DNA of 64,000 nucleotides, from contig JAWCKZ010000004.1 of assembly GCA_038851325.1 (NCBI GenBank), forward strand, positions 26,372 through 90,371. Reading direction: 5' to 3'. The stretch is from Candidatus Bilamarchaeaceae archaeon (GTDB lineage: Archaea; Micrarchaeota; Micrarchaeia; Anstonellales; Bilamarchaeaceae). Position 1 is the first letter of the stretch, and every line of letters starts with the position of its first letter. Positions 1 through 10,006 of this stretch are shown here, piece by piece. The notes beneath the pieces were generated by a model that was not told where the DNA came from, made no database searches, and saw only the letters and a list, made by a program, of their open reading frames with translations. The position numbers were made by a program, and so were the translations under genes.

Positions 1-292
1 TAAACCCGTGGATATCACAAAGTTCAGAATCGGTCAAGATGAAATAACTGTTCTGTGGTATATGAGGTACTCAAAACCAGCAAACAAGGCCGAGTATTTG
101 ATAGTGTTTTACAAAGGAAAAAAGAAAATAAGAGAGTTTAGTATGACGCTACATTTCATTAACTACAAAAAAGCAAGAGCCCTGCTCAAGAAAGCAGGAT
201 TCAAAAACATAGCGGCATACGTTGATTTCACCAAAAGGCCGTATCGTTCAGACGAATTTGGAAAGGAGATTCTGTGGGTGGCGAGAAAATGA
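1..292 (+). CDS. C-terminal part of a probable class I SAM-dependent methyltransferase (cut by window edge)
   Basis: C-terminal pattern LLKKAGFKNIAAYVDF...WVARK resembles methyltransferase C-termini; SAM motif not in the window. Confidence 0.5.
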   Translation, partial: KPVDITKFRIGQDEITVLWYMRYSKPANKAEYLIVFYKGKKKIREFSMTLHFINYKKARALLKKAGFKNIAAYVDFTKRPYRSDEFGKEILWVARK

Positions 293-816
293 GTGTTCTC
301 TCATTTTTCCGCCGTTTTTTACCGAACGAGCCGGCCTTTGAGAATACTGATTTTAGAGAATTCGAAGATTCGCTTCATAATTTTATGATGTTTTACCCGA
401 AGCACTGGAAATTTGAAAAGACGACAGCAATTGTTGAAGGAGCGTACAACATTATTTTTGATTCCAGCAAATCTGACACAAGCCTATGCATAAGTGTAGA
501 CATGCGGCCTCCGTATGCATTTACCGAAAAAAAATTTCTTGCCTTTGCCAAACGTGAAATAGAAAAGCCATCCGCGGGGGTAGTAACAACAGCAAAGAGA
601 TCCCGGTTTAAATCCTACCCCGCAATGACAACCACTTATACATTCCTAAAAGGCCAAACTGAGATGTTTGGTGAGAGGATTATATTCTACACAGGAGATA
701 GGATATTTTCTATTCTGTTTCTCTGCCCGCTCTCACAGCACGATAAACTGAAAAAGACATTTGAGTATATAAAAGATTCGATCACCATAAAACCTAAAAA
801 GGCGATTCTTTTATGA
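289..816 (+). CDS. Hypothetical protein, probable PsbP/Mog1-like fold
   Basis: F-x-M-x-YPKHW near N-terminus and C-terminal FEYIKDSITI; ATGA overlaps at both ends. Confidence 0.5.
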   Translation: MSVLSFFRRFLPNEPAFENTDFREFEDSLHNFMMFYPKHWKFEKTTAIVEGAYNIIFDSSKSDTSLCISVDMRPPYAFTEKKFLAFAKREIEKPSAGVVTTAKRSRFKSYPAMTTTYTFLKGQTEMFGERIIFYTGDRIFSILFLCPLSQHDKLKKTFEYIKDSITIKPKKAILL

Positions 817-980
817 GAAAGAGTGCAAAGAAGTTTACTGTTGAGGTGTGCGCAATGTGTGGGAAGGTTGCAAAAAAAGAGGACTATAAAGGGGAGATAT
901 TCGTGTGTTCACATTGCGGATCAGATGTCTCGATTGTTATGTCCAGAAAAATGTTCTTGGAAATCGCCAAAAAAGAATAA
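813..980 (+). CDS. Small zinc-ribbon protein, 55 aa (absent from ORF track)
   Basis: MRKSAKKFTVEVCAMCGK...FVCSHCGSD...EIAKKE; CxxC-x15-CxxC; ATGA overlap with upstream stop; ends just before gltX. Confidence 0.7.
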   Translation: MRKSAKKFTVEVCAMCGKVAKKEDYKGEIFVCSHCGSDVSIVMSRKMFLEIAKKE

Positions 981-985
981 ACGGG

Positions 986-2680
986 ATGGATATGGAATTG
1001 GAAGAGATAATTAAAAAACACGCGCTGAAGAATGCGTTCGACTACGGAAAGGCTAACGCTGGAGCTGTGGTTGGTAAGGTGATAGCAGAATACCCTGCTG
1101 CAAAGACGGAGATGAGCGCAACCATAAGGATAATTGGTGAGATAGTAGCAAAGGTTAACAGAATGAAAAGAGATGAAATTGTCGCTGAGATGGCACAGTA
1201 TGTATACACTGAGAAAAAGAAAGAGAAAAAAGGCATCGAACTACCTGATGCGGAGTACGGAAAGGTTATCACGCGTTTTGCTCCAGAGCCAAACGGCTAT
1301 CTTCATATAGGCCATGCAAAGGCTGCGCTACTGAGCTATGAGAGTGCGCGTGCCTATAGCGGAAAAATGATACTCAGGTTCGATGACACAAATCCTGAGA
1401 AAGAATCTCAGGAATACGTTAATGCTGCAAAGGATAGCCTTAAATGGCTTGGTATAGAATGGGCTGCTGAAACTTACACTTCTGATAATATCCCGCGCGT
1501 GTATGAAGCAGCCGAGATGCTCATAGCAAAGCAGAGGGCATACGTATGTACTTGCGACATAGAAACATTAAGGAAATTAAGGGGAAAAGGAGAGGCATGC
1601 CCTTGCAGAAATTTAGACATTGATGAAAATTTGGCACGATGGAAAAAAATGCTTTCCGGGGGGTACAAAAAAGGAGAAGCTGTTCTGAGATATCGCGGCG
1701 ATCTAAATTCGCTGAATACAGTTATGCGCGATCCAACACTCGCAAGGATTATGGACGCTGAACATTACCGCCAAGGCAAAAAATACCGAGTATGGCCTTC
1801 TTATGACCTTAGTATAGTCGTGATGGATGCGATGGAGGAGATAACTCACCCTATGCGCTCCAAGGAATACGAATTACGAAACGAGCTGTATTACTCCCTG
1901 TTTGATGATTTGGGCTGGAAAAGACCGAAGATGATAGAATTTTCAAGGCTCTCAATAAAAAATGCGCCCATAAGCAAAAGGCTTCTTAGACCGCTTGTAG
2001 AAGAAGAAAAGGTGAGCGGGTGGGATGACCCAAGGCTACCGACGTTAGCTGCTCTTAGAAGGCGCGGTATTCTTCCGGAAGCGATAAGAAATTTTATTCT
2101 ATCCATAGGACTTTCAAAAACTGAAAGCGAGCCTGGATGGGAACTTCTCTTAGCAGAGAATAGAAAGCTTCTTGATCCAGTGTCTAGACATTATTTCTTT
2201 GTAAGATCGCCGATGCTCTTAAAGATAAAAGGTTTAAGAAAAAATGTGAAAATAGCGCTCCATCCAAAAAAGGAATTCGGGTTCAGAGAGATTGAAATCG
2301 CAGAAAGCGTATATATAAGCGGAGATGACGCAAAGACATTGAAGAAAGGTGAGATCTTCAGGTTGAAGGATCTATGCAATGTATTGGTGCTAAAGAAAGG
2401 AAAAAGAGAGATCGAAGGAGAGGTTACGAAGGATAGTATAGTTCCAAAAAAGATTCAGTGGGTTGCAGCTGGAGATGAGCTACTGTGCAGCATCATCATT
2501 CCGCATGATCTATTAAAGGACGAGAAATACGACCCGAACAGTTTGGAGATTGCAGAAGGGTATTGCGAGATGGGATGCAACAACTTAAGCGTGGGGGATG
2601 TTGTTCAGTTTGAGCGGGTTGGTTTTTGCAGGCTCGATAAAAAAGAGAAGGATAGATTACTGTTTGTCTACAGTTGCTAA
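986..2680 (+). CDS. gltX: Glutamyl-tRNA synthetase (archaeal type)
   Basis: RFAPEPNGYLHIGH, LRFDDTNP, ISKR (KMSKS equivalent), WDDPRLPT, QFERVGF; start at ATG 986 or 992. Confidence 0.95.
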   Translation: MDMELEEIIKKHALKNAFDYGKANAGAVVGKVIAEYPAAKTEMSATIRIIGEIVAKVNRMKRDEIVAEMAQYVYTEKKKEKKGIELPDAEYGKVITRFAPEPNGYLHIGHAKAALLSYESARAYSGKMILRFDDTNPEKESQEYVNAAKDSLKWLGIEWAAETYTSDNIPRVYEAAEMLIAKQRAYVCTCDIETLRKLRGKGEACPCRNLDIDENLARWKKMLSGGYKKGEAVLRYRGDLNSLNTVMRDPTLARIMDAEHYRQGKKYRVWPSYDLSIVVMDAMEEITHPMRSKEYELRNELYYSLFDDLGWKRPKMIEFSRLSIKNAPISKRLLRPLVEEEKVSGWDDPRLPTLAALRRRGILPEAIRNFILSIGLSKTESEPGWELLLAENRKLLDPVSRHYFFVRSPMLLKIKGLRKNVKIALHPKKEFGFREIEIAESVYISGDDAKTLKKGEIFRLKDLCNVLVLKKGKREIEGEVTKDSIVPKKIQWVAAGDELLCSIIIPHDLLKDEKYDPNSLEIAEGYCEMGCNNLSVGDVVQFERVGFCRLDKKEKDRLLFVYSC

Positions 2681-2725
2681 AGATCTAAAGATCTAAATAA
2701 GTAAATAAGTAAAGATCTAAATAGG
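2678..2725. repeat. Six 8-nt tandem units (TAAAGATC / TAAATAAG variants)
   Basis: taaagatc taaagatc taaataag taaataag taaagatc taaatagg. Confidence 0.85.
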
Positions 2726-2734
2726 TGGGTAAAC

Positions 2735-3166
2735 ATGAAAAATGAAGAAACGAAAAATATTTTGATAGCAGGCGCAATGATGCTAACATGCGGAATTGTT
2801 CTTTTTGCCTTAATGGCTTTTTATCTCGTCACATCAATGTCAGCGAAACCAGATCTCTCTGAAGATGCGATCGAAGGTGGGGAAAAATCTGTTTATGATA
2901 ATTTTGCAAAATGCCTGACCGAAAAGGGGGCAATTATGTATGGTGCGGATTGGTGCCCGCATTGTCAAAACCAGAAAAGAATATTTGGAGATTCCTTTCG
3001 TTACATTAATTACATAAACTGTGAAAAAAATTATACGACCTGCGTCTCAGCGAAAATCGAAGGGATCCCAACTTGGATAATAGATGGGCGAAGGTATACC
3101 GGTGAGCAAAGCCTCCAGACACTTGCCAATATAACAGGTTGCAATCTTAACACTTCGAGCAAATAG
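2735..3166 (+). CDS. Membrane-anchored thioredoxin-fold protein
   Basis: N-terminal TM helix; MYGADWCPHCQNQK and GIPTWII motifs. Confidence 0.85.
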   Translation: MKNEETKNILIAGAMMLTCGIVLFALMAFYLVTSMSAKPDLSEDAIEGGEKSVYDNFAKCLTEKGAIMYGADWCPHCQNQKRIFGDSFRYINYINCEKNYTTCVSAKIEGIPTWIIDGRRYTGEQSLQTLANITGCNLNTSSK

Positions 3167-3422
3167 ATTCTCAAAACCTAACCGCGAACCGAAGCTCTGT
3201 CAAAAAAGTAATACATAAAAGGGAAACACGTACTGAAGAGGCTTGCATCAAAAGCTAAACATAGACAAAGATGACCCTCGTCTCAGAAAAGCGAACAACT
3301 GCAGCAGCCCCATAGCCGATCTGCCAGCCCGGCATTTTCCTTCTAACTTTTTTAGCCGCATTTGCCATTAAAAATATTTCGGATTTAATCCGATTGTCTG
3401 AGAGCTTATCTGAGGGACCTCT

Positions 3423-4484
3423 ATGGATATTGAGAAAAAAATAGAACTTGTTGCAAGGCCACCGACGAAAGAGATTGTAAGCGAGAAAAAACTAAGAGAA
3501 GTGTTTGAGAAGTATTCCTCTCCAAGAGCGTACGATGGTTTTGAGATATCAGGATTTGTTCACCTTGGCACTGGTCTTTGTACAGCTCTTAAAATACGTG
3601 ATTTCATGGAGGCCGGTATAAAGCCCATTATCCTTCTTGCGGATTATCATTCCTGGATTAATGAAAAGCTCGGTGGCGATTTGGATAAGATAAGAAAGGT
3701 CGGAATGGGTTACTTTAAGCATGCCTTCGTATCACTCGGCCTGGACGAGGAGCACGTCGAGTATGTTCTTGCTAGCAGCATATACGATAATGACTATTGG
3801 GCGGATGTACTAAGAATTACCAAAGAAACCACAATAAACAGGATGTTACGATGCGTTACTATAATGGGACGAAAAGAAACCGAGATTACAAAGGCAGCAG
3901 CCATGATTTATCCAGCAATGCAGGTTGCTGATGTTTTCAAGCTTAATGTACAGCTTGCATTTTCCGGGATGGACCAGCGCAAGGCGTATATGCTCGCTAT
4001 AGAGCTTGCAAAGAGTAGAAAATACGATTTTGTCTCCGTCCACGGCCATCTTCTTCCAAGCCTTCAGGGAATACAGAGAATGAATCCAACAGAGAATGAT
4101 ATAATAGATGCAAAGATGAGCAAGAGTAAGCCGTCCTCTGCGATATTTATTCATGACAGCGAGGACGAGATAAAATCAAAGATAGGAAAGGCATACTGCC
4201 CTGAAAAAATGCTGGAGGGCAATCCGATTATAGAGTACGCGCAGTATCTCATCATACGCGAAAAACCCTTAAAGGTAGAAAGACCTGCAAAGTTTGGTGG
4301 CGACATTGAGTTTGTCGCTGTTGACGAGTTAAGGAAAACATATGCTGAAGGAAAGCTCCATCCGCTTGACCTGAAGAATGCAGTTGCCCGCGAGCTAATT
4401 GATATGCTCAAGCCTTCAAGAGATTATTTTGCAAAGCATAAAGAATATCTTGAGCAGATGAAGCTTGCCGACATCACGCGATAA
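3423..4484 (+). CDS. tyrS: Tyrosyl-tRNA synthetase
   Basis: YDGFEISGFVHLG, YPAMQVAD, GMDQRK, KMSKS, LHPLDLK. Confidence 0.95.
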   Translation: MDIEKKIELVARPPTKEIVSEKKLREVFEKYSSPRAYDGFEISGFVHLGTGLCTALKIRDFMEAGIKPIILLADYHSWINEKLGGDLDKIRKVGMGYFKHAFVSLGLDEEHVEYVLASSIYDNDYWADVLRITKETTINRMLRCVTIMGRKETEITKAAAMIYPAMQVADVFKLNVQLAFSGMDQRKAYMLAIELAKSRKYDFVSVHGHLLPSLQGIQRMNPTENDIIDAKMSKSKPSSAIFIHDSEDEIKSKIGKAYCPEKMLEGNPIIEYAQYLIIREKPLKVERPAKFGGDIEFVAVDELRKTYAEGKLHPLDLKNAVARELIDMLKPSRDYFAKHKEYLEQMKLADITR

Positions 4485-4591
4485 AATTAATGATCACCCA
4501 AAAGGTCGCAGACCCATCTCACGCATATTTTTAAATACTTCGCTTAATTTTACAAATATTAACACAAGACGATAACGCTTAATAGCGCCTG

Positions 4592-5059
4592 GTGGGTTGT
4601 ATGATTGTTTCAAGATTGAAAACCTGGTCCGGTAAGGAACATCGCATACTTAAAATTCAAGAAAGAAACAAAAGGATAATACGTGAGATTAGAAGCCGAA
4701 ACCCAAAATTAAGTTCCTCAGAAGACGATGGGAATATAGTCAAACTCCTCAAGAGCAAAAGCAAGAGAGAAAGAGCGGTTGGTATGGTGTTGCTCGGTAA
4801 CGACATCGATGCGTTGTACAACTTCGCAAAGAATTCCGCTTATAAAGATGTTAGAATGAAATGCGTAAATCAACTGCTGCTACTTAAAAAAGACGGTAAC
4901 GAGGCAGAGAGCGCCTTAGAGAATCTGGTGTATTTTTCCAACTATGAGGATGTAAAGTTATTTGTTGTACCCCACCTAAAGAGCGAGACGCTACGAAAAG
5001 TTCTTAAGTACACCGAAAACCAAAAGGTAAAAGAAGAAATCAAGAAGTATGTTGAGTAA
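4592..5059 (+). CDS. Hypothetical helical (HEAT-like) protein
   Basis: Open 155-aa ORF with repeated (N/F)S-x-Y-x-DV(R/K) helical units. Confidence 0.55.
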   Translation: MGCMIVSRLKTWSGKEHRILKIQERNKRIIREIRSRNPKLSSSEDDGNIVKLLKSKSKRERAVGMVLLGNDIDALYNFAKNSAYKDVRMKCVNQLLLLKKDGNEAESALENLVYFSNYEDVKLFVVPHLKSETLRKVLKYTENQKVKEEIKKYVE

Positions 5060-5069
5060 GGATATTCCC

Positions 5070-5789
5070 CTACTCCACTTCCTTTATTAACTCATCCACG
5101 AGCGTTATAACCTTCCCTTTCTGCTCTTCCAGAACCCTTACGACTTCTTCCCAAGATAGTCTATGTTTGGCGATTCCACATGCATAGTTCGTACCAATCG
5201 CAAGCGCCGCAAATGGTATCTCAAGTTCACCTACGAGCGTAGCTTCATAGCCATGCGTCATACTAACAAGATTTGCACCGAGCATGCTTAATGCCCTTAT
5301 TTCCGCTCTTGTTTCGAATCGAGGTCCAACAGTCGTCGCCACAATTCCGCCATCTTTTAAGCGAATGTGGTTTGTCTTCGCACGTGCTAATAAAATGCCT
5401 TTAAGTTTTTTATCGTATGGCCTTGAAAAGTCAATGTGCTTCATCCCGTCAGAAAAATCATCGAAGAATGTAATCGGTGTGAAAAGTCCTATAAAGTCAT
5501 CAATAAGAATAAGATCTCCTGGCCTATACCTTCGTGAGAGTATTCCAGTAGCATAGATTCCAAAAACGGCTGTCACACCAAGTTCTTTTAGCGCCCAGAG
5601 GTTTGCTTTGTAATTTATCTTATGCGGTGGGATAGCGTGTGTTTCACCGTGCCGCGGGATAAAAACAACATCTTTTTTGAATATCTTTGTCCTCTGCACC
5701 ACAGCCTCTCCGAACGGCGTTTCTATTCTCTCGCGCTTTTCCTTTCCTTTGAGAAAGTAAAATCCGGTCCCTCCTATCATCCCAAGCAT
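5070..5789 (-). CDS. mtnP: MTAP-family purine nucleoside phosphorylase (methylthioadenosine/inosine phosphorylase)
   Basis: GMIGGTG, ETPFG, PRHG..H..PPHKINY, GPRFETRAE, TNYACG. Confidence 0.9.
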   Translation of the reverse strand: MLGMIGGTGFYFLKGKEKRERIETPFGEAVVQRTKIFKKDVVFIPRHGETHAIPPHKINYKANLWALKELGVTAVFGIYATGILSRRYRPGDLILIDDFIGLFTPITFFDDFSDGMKHIDFSRPYDKKLKGILLARAKTNHIRLKDGGIVATTVGPRFETRAEIRALSMLGANLVSMTHGYEATLVGELEIPFAALAIGTNYACGIAKHRLSWEEVVRVLEEQKGKVITLVDELIKEVE

Positions 5790-5791
5790 GC

Positions 5792-5989
5792 TTATCCCTC
5801 AAATATCCTCGGTTTTTCTTCTACCCATATCTCATATAGCGCCACGCTACCCTGCTTTCTTTTGATGATGTATGTCTTAAATCCCTTCATCTCGTAGTCC
5901 TCTGCTATTCTTTCGGCCTCATTAATATCCAAAACCCTTGCTACACACCGCGCAAACTTTTTTATAAGCTCCTCTTCCATAATTACCAT
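5792..5989 (-). CDS. Small hypothetical protein
   Basis: 65-aa ORF directly upstream of and co-oriented with the phosphorylase. Confidence 0.6.
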   Translation of the reverse strand: MVIMEEELIKKFARCVARVLDINEAERIAEDYEMKGFKTYIIKRKQGSVALYEIWVEEKPRIFEG

Positions 5990-6201
5990 TTATTTTATTT
6001 CTTATATCTTGTGCTTAAAGGGCATACCATGTATTATTTTTAAATATTTTCAGCATTTTTAAACTTTTTTTGACACCAAAAAACAAAAGATTTTTATAAA
6101 TTTGGATTTTCAAAAAAAAGCATTAGCATGCTTATTCTGGGTGCATGGGAGGATAACTGGTCGCCTTGCCAGCGCATTTCGATGCGCTGGCCTAATCCTG
6201 T

Positions 6202-6648
6202 TCACTCCTCTTGTGGCAAATGCTTAACTTTCTCCCATTGCTCAACAGGCCCCTCTCTTAATATAAACAAAGGATGGACTTCTATTCTTTTTACCTTTAG
6301 CAATTTTCTATATGCAAGCTTGTTTCTCGTCCTAAGCCTTCTCTTAAGCTGCCGGAATTCGTATTCTATCTGACCTTTGTTTACCTTTATTTTGTCCCTT
6401 GTTGTCTTACCTATCTTAAATTTGTTAAAACGATAGTGTCTTTCCTTGGCTTCCCTCCATATATAAAATAAATACGTATTAATCAAACGAATTGGGTTTT
6501 TGTGCTGCTTGAATCTGATAAGCTGAGGGTGGCTGGTGTACCCTCTAGTCTTACCTTGTAGGATTTTCTTTGACAACAATGCTTCTCTCCATAGAGCTAC
6601 AAGTCCCTTACAATCAAGATATTTTGGGTGTATGCTCCAGAGCCGCAT
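6202..6648 (-). CDS. Pyrimidine-dimer DNA glycosylase / T4 endonuclease V-like protein
   Basis: MRLWSIHPKYLDxKGLVALWREALL, GYTSHPQLIRF. Confidence 0.85.
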   Translation of the reverse strand: MRLWSIHPKYLDCKGLVALWREALLSKKILQGKTRGYTSHPQLIRFKQHKNPIRLINTYLFYIWREAKERHYRFNKFKIGKTTRDKIKVNKGQIEYEFRQLKRRLRTRNKLAYRKLLKVKRIEVHPLFILREGPVEQWEKVKHLPQEE

Positions 6649-6730
6649 AAGGATATACGCTCGTTCCAATTTTTAAATCTTTGAAGCCAAAGTAATACAG
6701 CATTTAAATGTATCCAACCAATTCATTTTC

Positions 6731-7489
6731 ATGAAGATATTGAAGATAGGCGGAAGTCTTATCGCACCGAAAAGTAGCGACAAACCGCTCTTTCAGAAGG
6801 ATGTTATGGATGAAATAGCTGCTGCTCTATCCAGCTATGTAGCAAAGAATAAGCAACTCGTCATAGTTCACGGCGCAGGCTCCTTTGGTCACTTGCTTGT
6901 AAAGAAAGCAGGATTTTCTGGAATAAAAACAAAGGAAGACGAAAAAAACGCTGCAGAGATACATGCGTCCTGCAGACAACTTTCAAAAAATGTTATTAAT
7001 TCTCTTGCTGAGAAAGGCATACAGGTAACATACATCGATCCTTCAAAGGTAATCGTTCAAAGAGGAGGGAGGATAACTCGTTTCGACACCTCTGAAATAG
7101 AATCACAACTCGCAAAAAGGATAATCCCTGTTCTTCACGGGGACATTGTACCCGATGAGATTTTCGGCGCATCTGTTTGCTCTGGCGACCAGATAGTAGC
7201 ATGGTTAGCAAAGAAAGCAGATGCAGTTGTATTTGCAACAGACGTAGACGGTGTACTCGATAAGAATGGCAATATCATTAAGATGATAAACAAAAAGAAC
7301 GTAAGGGTTGCTTTGAAGCATATAAGCGGTGCAAGGAATGATGTCACAGGGGGCATGCGTGGAAAGGTGTTGGAGATTCTAAAAAGCAACGTGCCGACGT
7401 GGATAGTAAATGGAAGGCACCCCGAGCGTATCGTAGAGGCGCTATCTGGAAAGCAAACCGTTGGTACCCTTATTGCTCCAGACAAATAA
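6731..7489 (+). CDS. ipk: Isopentenyl phosphate kinase (amino-acid kinase family)
   Basis: LKIGGSLI, VHGAGSFGH, PVLHGD, SGDQ, DVTGGMRGK. Confidence 0.9.
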   Translation: MKILKIGGSLIAPKSSDKPLFQKDVMDEIAAALSSYVAKNKQLVIVHGAGSFGHLLVKKAGFSGIKTKEDEKNAAEIHASCRQLSKNVINSLAEKGIQVTYIDPSKVIVQRGGRITRFDTSEIESQLAKRIIPVLHGDIVPDEIFGASVCSGDQIVAWLAKKADAVVFATDVDGVLDKNGNIIKMINKKNVRVALKHISGARNDVTGGMRGKVLEILKSNVPTWIVNGRHPERIVEALSGKQTVGTLIAPDK

Positions 7490-7537
7490 GTTTAAACAGT
7501 CAAACAGGTTTTACGCTGCGTGCAATAAAATATAAGG

Positions 7538-8164
7538 TTATTCGAATCGAAGAAGAAACGTAGTTCTATGAAGGCGCTTTCCTTCTTTCATTCCTACGAG
7601 TTTTCTTGTCATTTTAGTTCTCAAACCAAGTTCTGTCAATACCTCCATCACTGCCTTACTGCTGCCAACATAAAGGTCTACACCCTCTTTTTTCTCCTCT
7701 GTTTTAGAGATGAATGTGCTCTTCTTCAACATTGTGGTCAAAATCCTTTCGTATCTTGTGACCATGCTTTCTTTTCCACGCAGCTGGATTATCGCTTCGT
7801 AATAACCGCCGGCCTTCTTAGAGCACTCTGGGCATACGCTCTTTATTTTTTTTAAAGTAAGCGGCTTGCTTATCTCAATCTCCGCCCCATCTTTTTTTAT
7901 CCTAAAAACTACAGTTTGGTGTTCAACTTCGTATCTCGCACTTGTAAAATCTCCCCGTATCTTGCTGACAGCAAATTCTTCGATTTTTTTTCTGTTATAG
8001 GGCATCCATTCCCCTTTAAGGCGCATCCTTCCGCATCTCGCACACACAGCAAGTTCAATGCACTCAGGAAGCCGCACACTATAGGGGTAGCAATCTATAC
8101 AGAATGCTTCTATGAACTTTACCTCGCTACTCTTCCTTCCACATTTCGGACAGACTATCATCAT
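7538..8164 (-). CDS. NMD3-family ribosome biogenesis protein
   Basis: Four CxxC pairs and GGYYEAIIQLR. Confidence 0.88.
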   Translation of the reverse strand: MMIVCPKCGRKSSEVKFIEAFCIDCYPYSVRLPECIELAVCARCGRMRLKGEWMPYNRKKIEEFAVSKIRGDFTSARYEVEHQTVVFRIKKDGAEIEISKPLTLKKIKSVCPECSKKAGGYYEAIIQLRGKESMVTRYERILTTMLKKSTFISKTEEKKEGVDLYVGSSKAVMEVLTELGLRTKMTRKLVGMKEGKRLHRTTFLLRFE

Positions 8165-8212
8165 AAAGCTAATCTTCAAGAGATTTTTAAAGATGATAGT
8201 CGAATATTTCTC

Positions 8213-10006
8213 ATGGAAAAATCGGGAACAACCGAAACGGTAGGAAAAGAAGAAGGAAACCCGAACCTAAAGCGAGCGGTTAATCTAACAAACTACTTCG
8301 TGTCCCTTCCCCCTCTTCCAATTATCGTTGTCTCCATGATTGCAATCGCCCTTATTTTCGGTATTGTTCTAAATCTACCTCCGTCGAGCGACTTTTTAAA
8401 AAACTTATTGCTCGATAGCGCGATGTTACTTCTTTTTCCAGCTGTTCTAACTTCTGTCGTCATTAAAATGTTAATTAGAAAGGTGCCATTCAAAAGGATA
8501 CTTGCGACAGCCGCCGTCGGAGAAGTGATATATGGACTTGCCTACGTCGTCTCATCGTTTGTCTTTAATATAAATCCACTATATGGCGAAATGATTCTCT
8601 TCATCGGTGCCGCGATTGTTTTTGTTATGTGGTATCTTGTAGCTAGACTCATCTTCGTGTTGAAATATCGTGCGTTTCTTTTTGCGATTCTTCAACTTCT
8701 CTTCTACCTTCTTTTCTTTTTTAACTCGAAACTGCCAAAATTCGTAGAAGCACCAGCAGTAAGTGTGGTCGCACGCACATATATCGCATCATTCATTCTT
8801 CTCGGTGCCATGTATGTATTTTTTTACATCATAAATGCACCTATGAAAAAGACATTTGGAGTCACAAGCACAGATGTGTTCTCCCTTTTCATAAATCAGT
8901 GGATTTATAAAAAGAAAGACCTTGAAAGCGCATTCGAGCGCGTTGGAGAGAGCGCAAAAACGCTGCTAGGAATTGCTGGCTTCGAGAGAAAAAATGACAC
9001 TGTGCTGTTTATAGTTCCACACGTACATTTCGGGCCTTTTGGTAATCTTGGTGGCAGCGAATTCTCTTTCCTCATAGCAGAGGAGATAACAAAAAAATAT
9101 CCGAACACACATGTGTTTGTCTTCCATGCCCCGGTAACACATGATCTCAACCCAACCTCATCTTCTGAGATAAACAAAATCACGGAAGCAGTGGAGAAAA
9201 CACTTCGAAGAGCAGAATATAGAAATGAAACGGTCGCGTTGAGCCGGGGGAAAAGTGAGGAGTGCTTAGCAGAAGCGCTTATCTTTGGAAGGGACGCGTT
9301 CATAGGTGTGAGCAGAGCGCCTCATGTCACAGAGGATATAAATTTTGGCCTTGGACTCTCTATGCTTCTTAAGGCTGAGAAGTACATGGATAGAGCAATT
9401 ATCGTTGACCAACACAACGCAGAAACTGGAGAGATAACGAGTTTTGAACCCGGTAGCGCCGTTGGATATAATTACATAAAGGCTATAGAAAAATCACTTA
9501 CGAAAATACCAAAACAAACAAGGCTTAGGCTTGGTATTTCAGAAAAACATCCAGCATCCACAACGCTTGGAAGCGGAGGGATAAAGATCGCAGTGTTCTC
9601 AACATCTCCACAATATGTAATTATACTTATGGATGCAAACGGTATTACTCCTGAATTTAAAAATCGGATAGAAAATGAAATAAGTACTCTTGGGAAATAC
9701 GCAGTGGGTGTATTCACAACGGACACACACCAAATAAACACTATTAGAGGGGTTCTAAATCCAGCAAAAGAGGAGGCCGCAATAATCAATGCGATAAAAG
9801 AAGGGGTCAAGGAGGCTGTTGCTGACATTCAAGAAGCTTCAGCATTTGTGGATAAAGAATGGTTTGATATAAAGGTGCTTGGTGCGAAACATTCCATAGA
9901 GATAGTGAGCACGATCAATTCCATTGTTGCTGTAGCAAAGATAACTGCTCCTTTGATATTAATCGGGGCGGTTCTAGTTCTCCTGGCTATCCTTTCGAAG
10001 GTTTAA
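8213..10006 (+). CDS. DUF2070-family integral membrane protein
   Basis: Multi-TM N-terminus, VHFGPFGNLGGS, HAPVTHDLNP, DQHN, TTDTH. Confidence 0.85.
   Translation: MEKSGTTETVGKEEGNPNLKRAVNLTNYFVSLPPLPIIVVSMIAIALIFGIVLNLPPSSDFLKNLLLDSAMLLLFPAVLTSVVIKMLIRKVPFKRILATAAVGEVIYGLAYVVSSFVFNINPLYGEMILFIGAAIVFVMWYLVARLIFVLKYRAFLFAILQLLFYLLFFFNSKLPKFVEAPAVSVVARTYIASFILLGAMYVFFYIINAPMKKTFGVTSTDVFSLFINQWIYKKKDLESAFERVGESAKTLLGIAGFERKNDTVLFIVPHVHFGPFGNLGGSEFSFLIAEEITKKYPNTHVFVFHAPVTHDLNPTSSSEINKITEAVEKTLRRAEYRNETVALSRGKSEECLAEALIFGRDAFIGVSRAPHVTEDINFGLGLSMLLKAEKYMDRAIIVDQHNAETGEITSFEPGSAVGYNYIKAIEKSLTKIPKQTRLRLGISEKHPASTTLGSGGIKIAVFSTSPQYVIILMDANGITPEFKNRIENEISTLGKYAVGVFTTDTHQINTIRGVLNPAKEEAAIINAIKEGVKEAVADIQEASAFVDKEWFDIKVLGAKHSIEIVSTINSIVAVAKITAPLILIGAVLVLLAILSKV

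Noticed and set aside
3255..3368. 37-codon minus-strand ORF upstream of tyrS
   Set aside because: No motif or ribosome-binding site; too short to support
7916..8212. N-terminal extension of the DUF2070 ORF
   Set aside because: Overlaps the divergent NMD3 gene; the ATG at 8213 follows a TATA-like site
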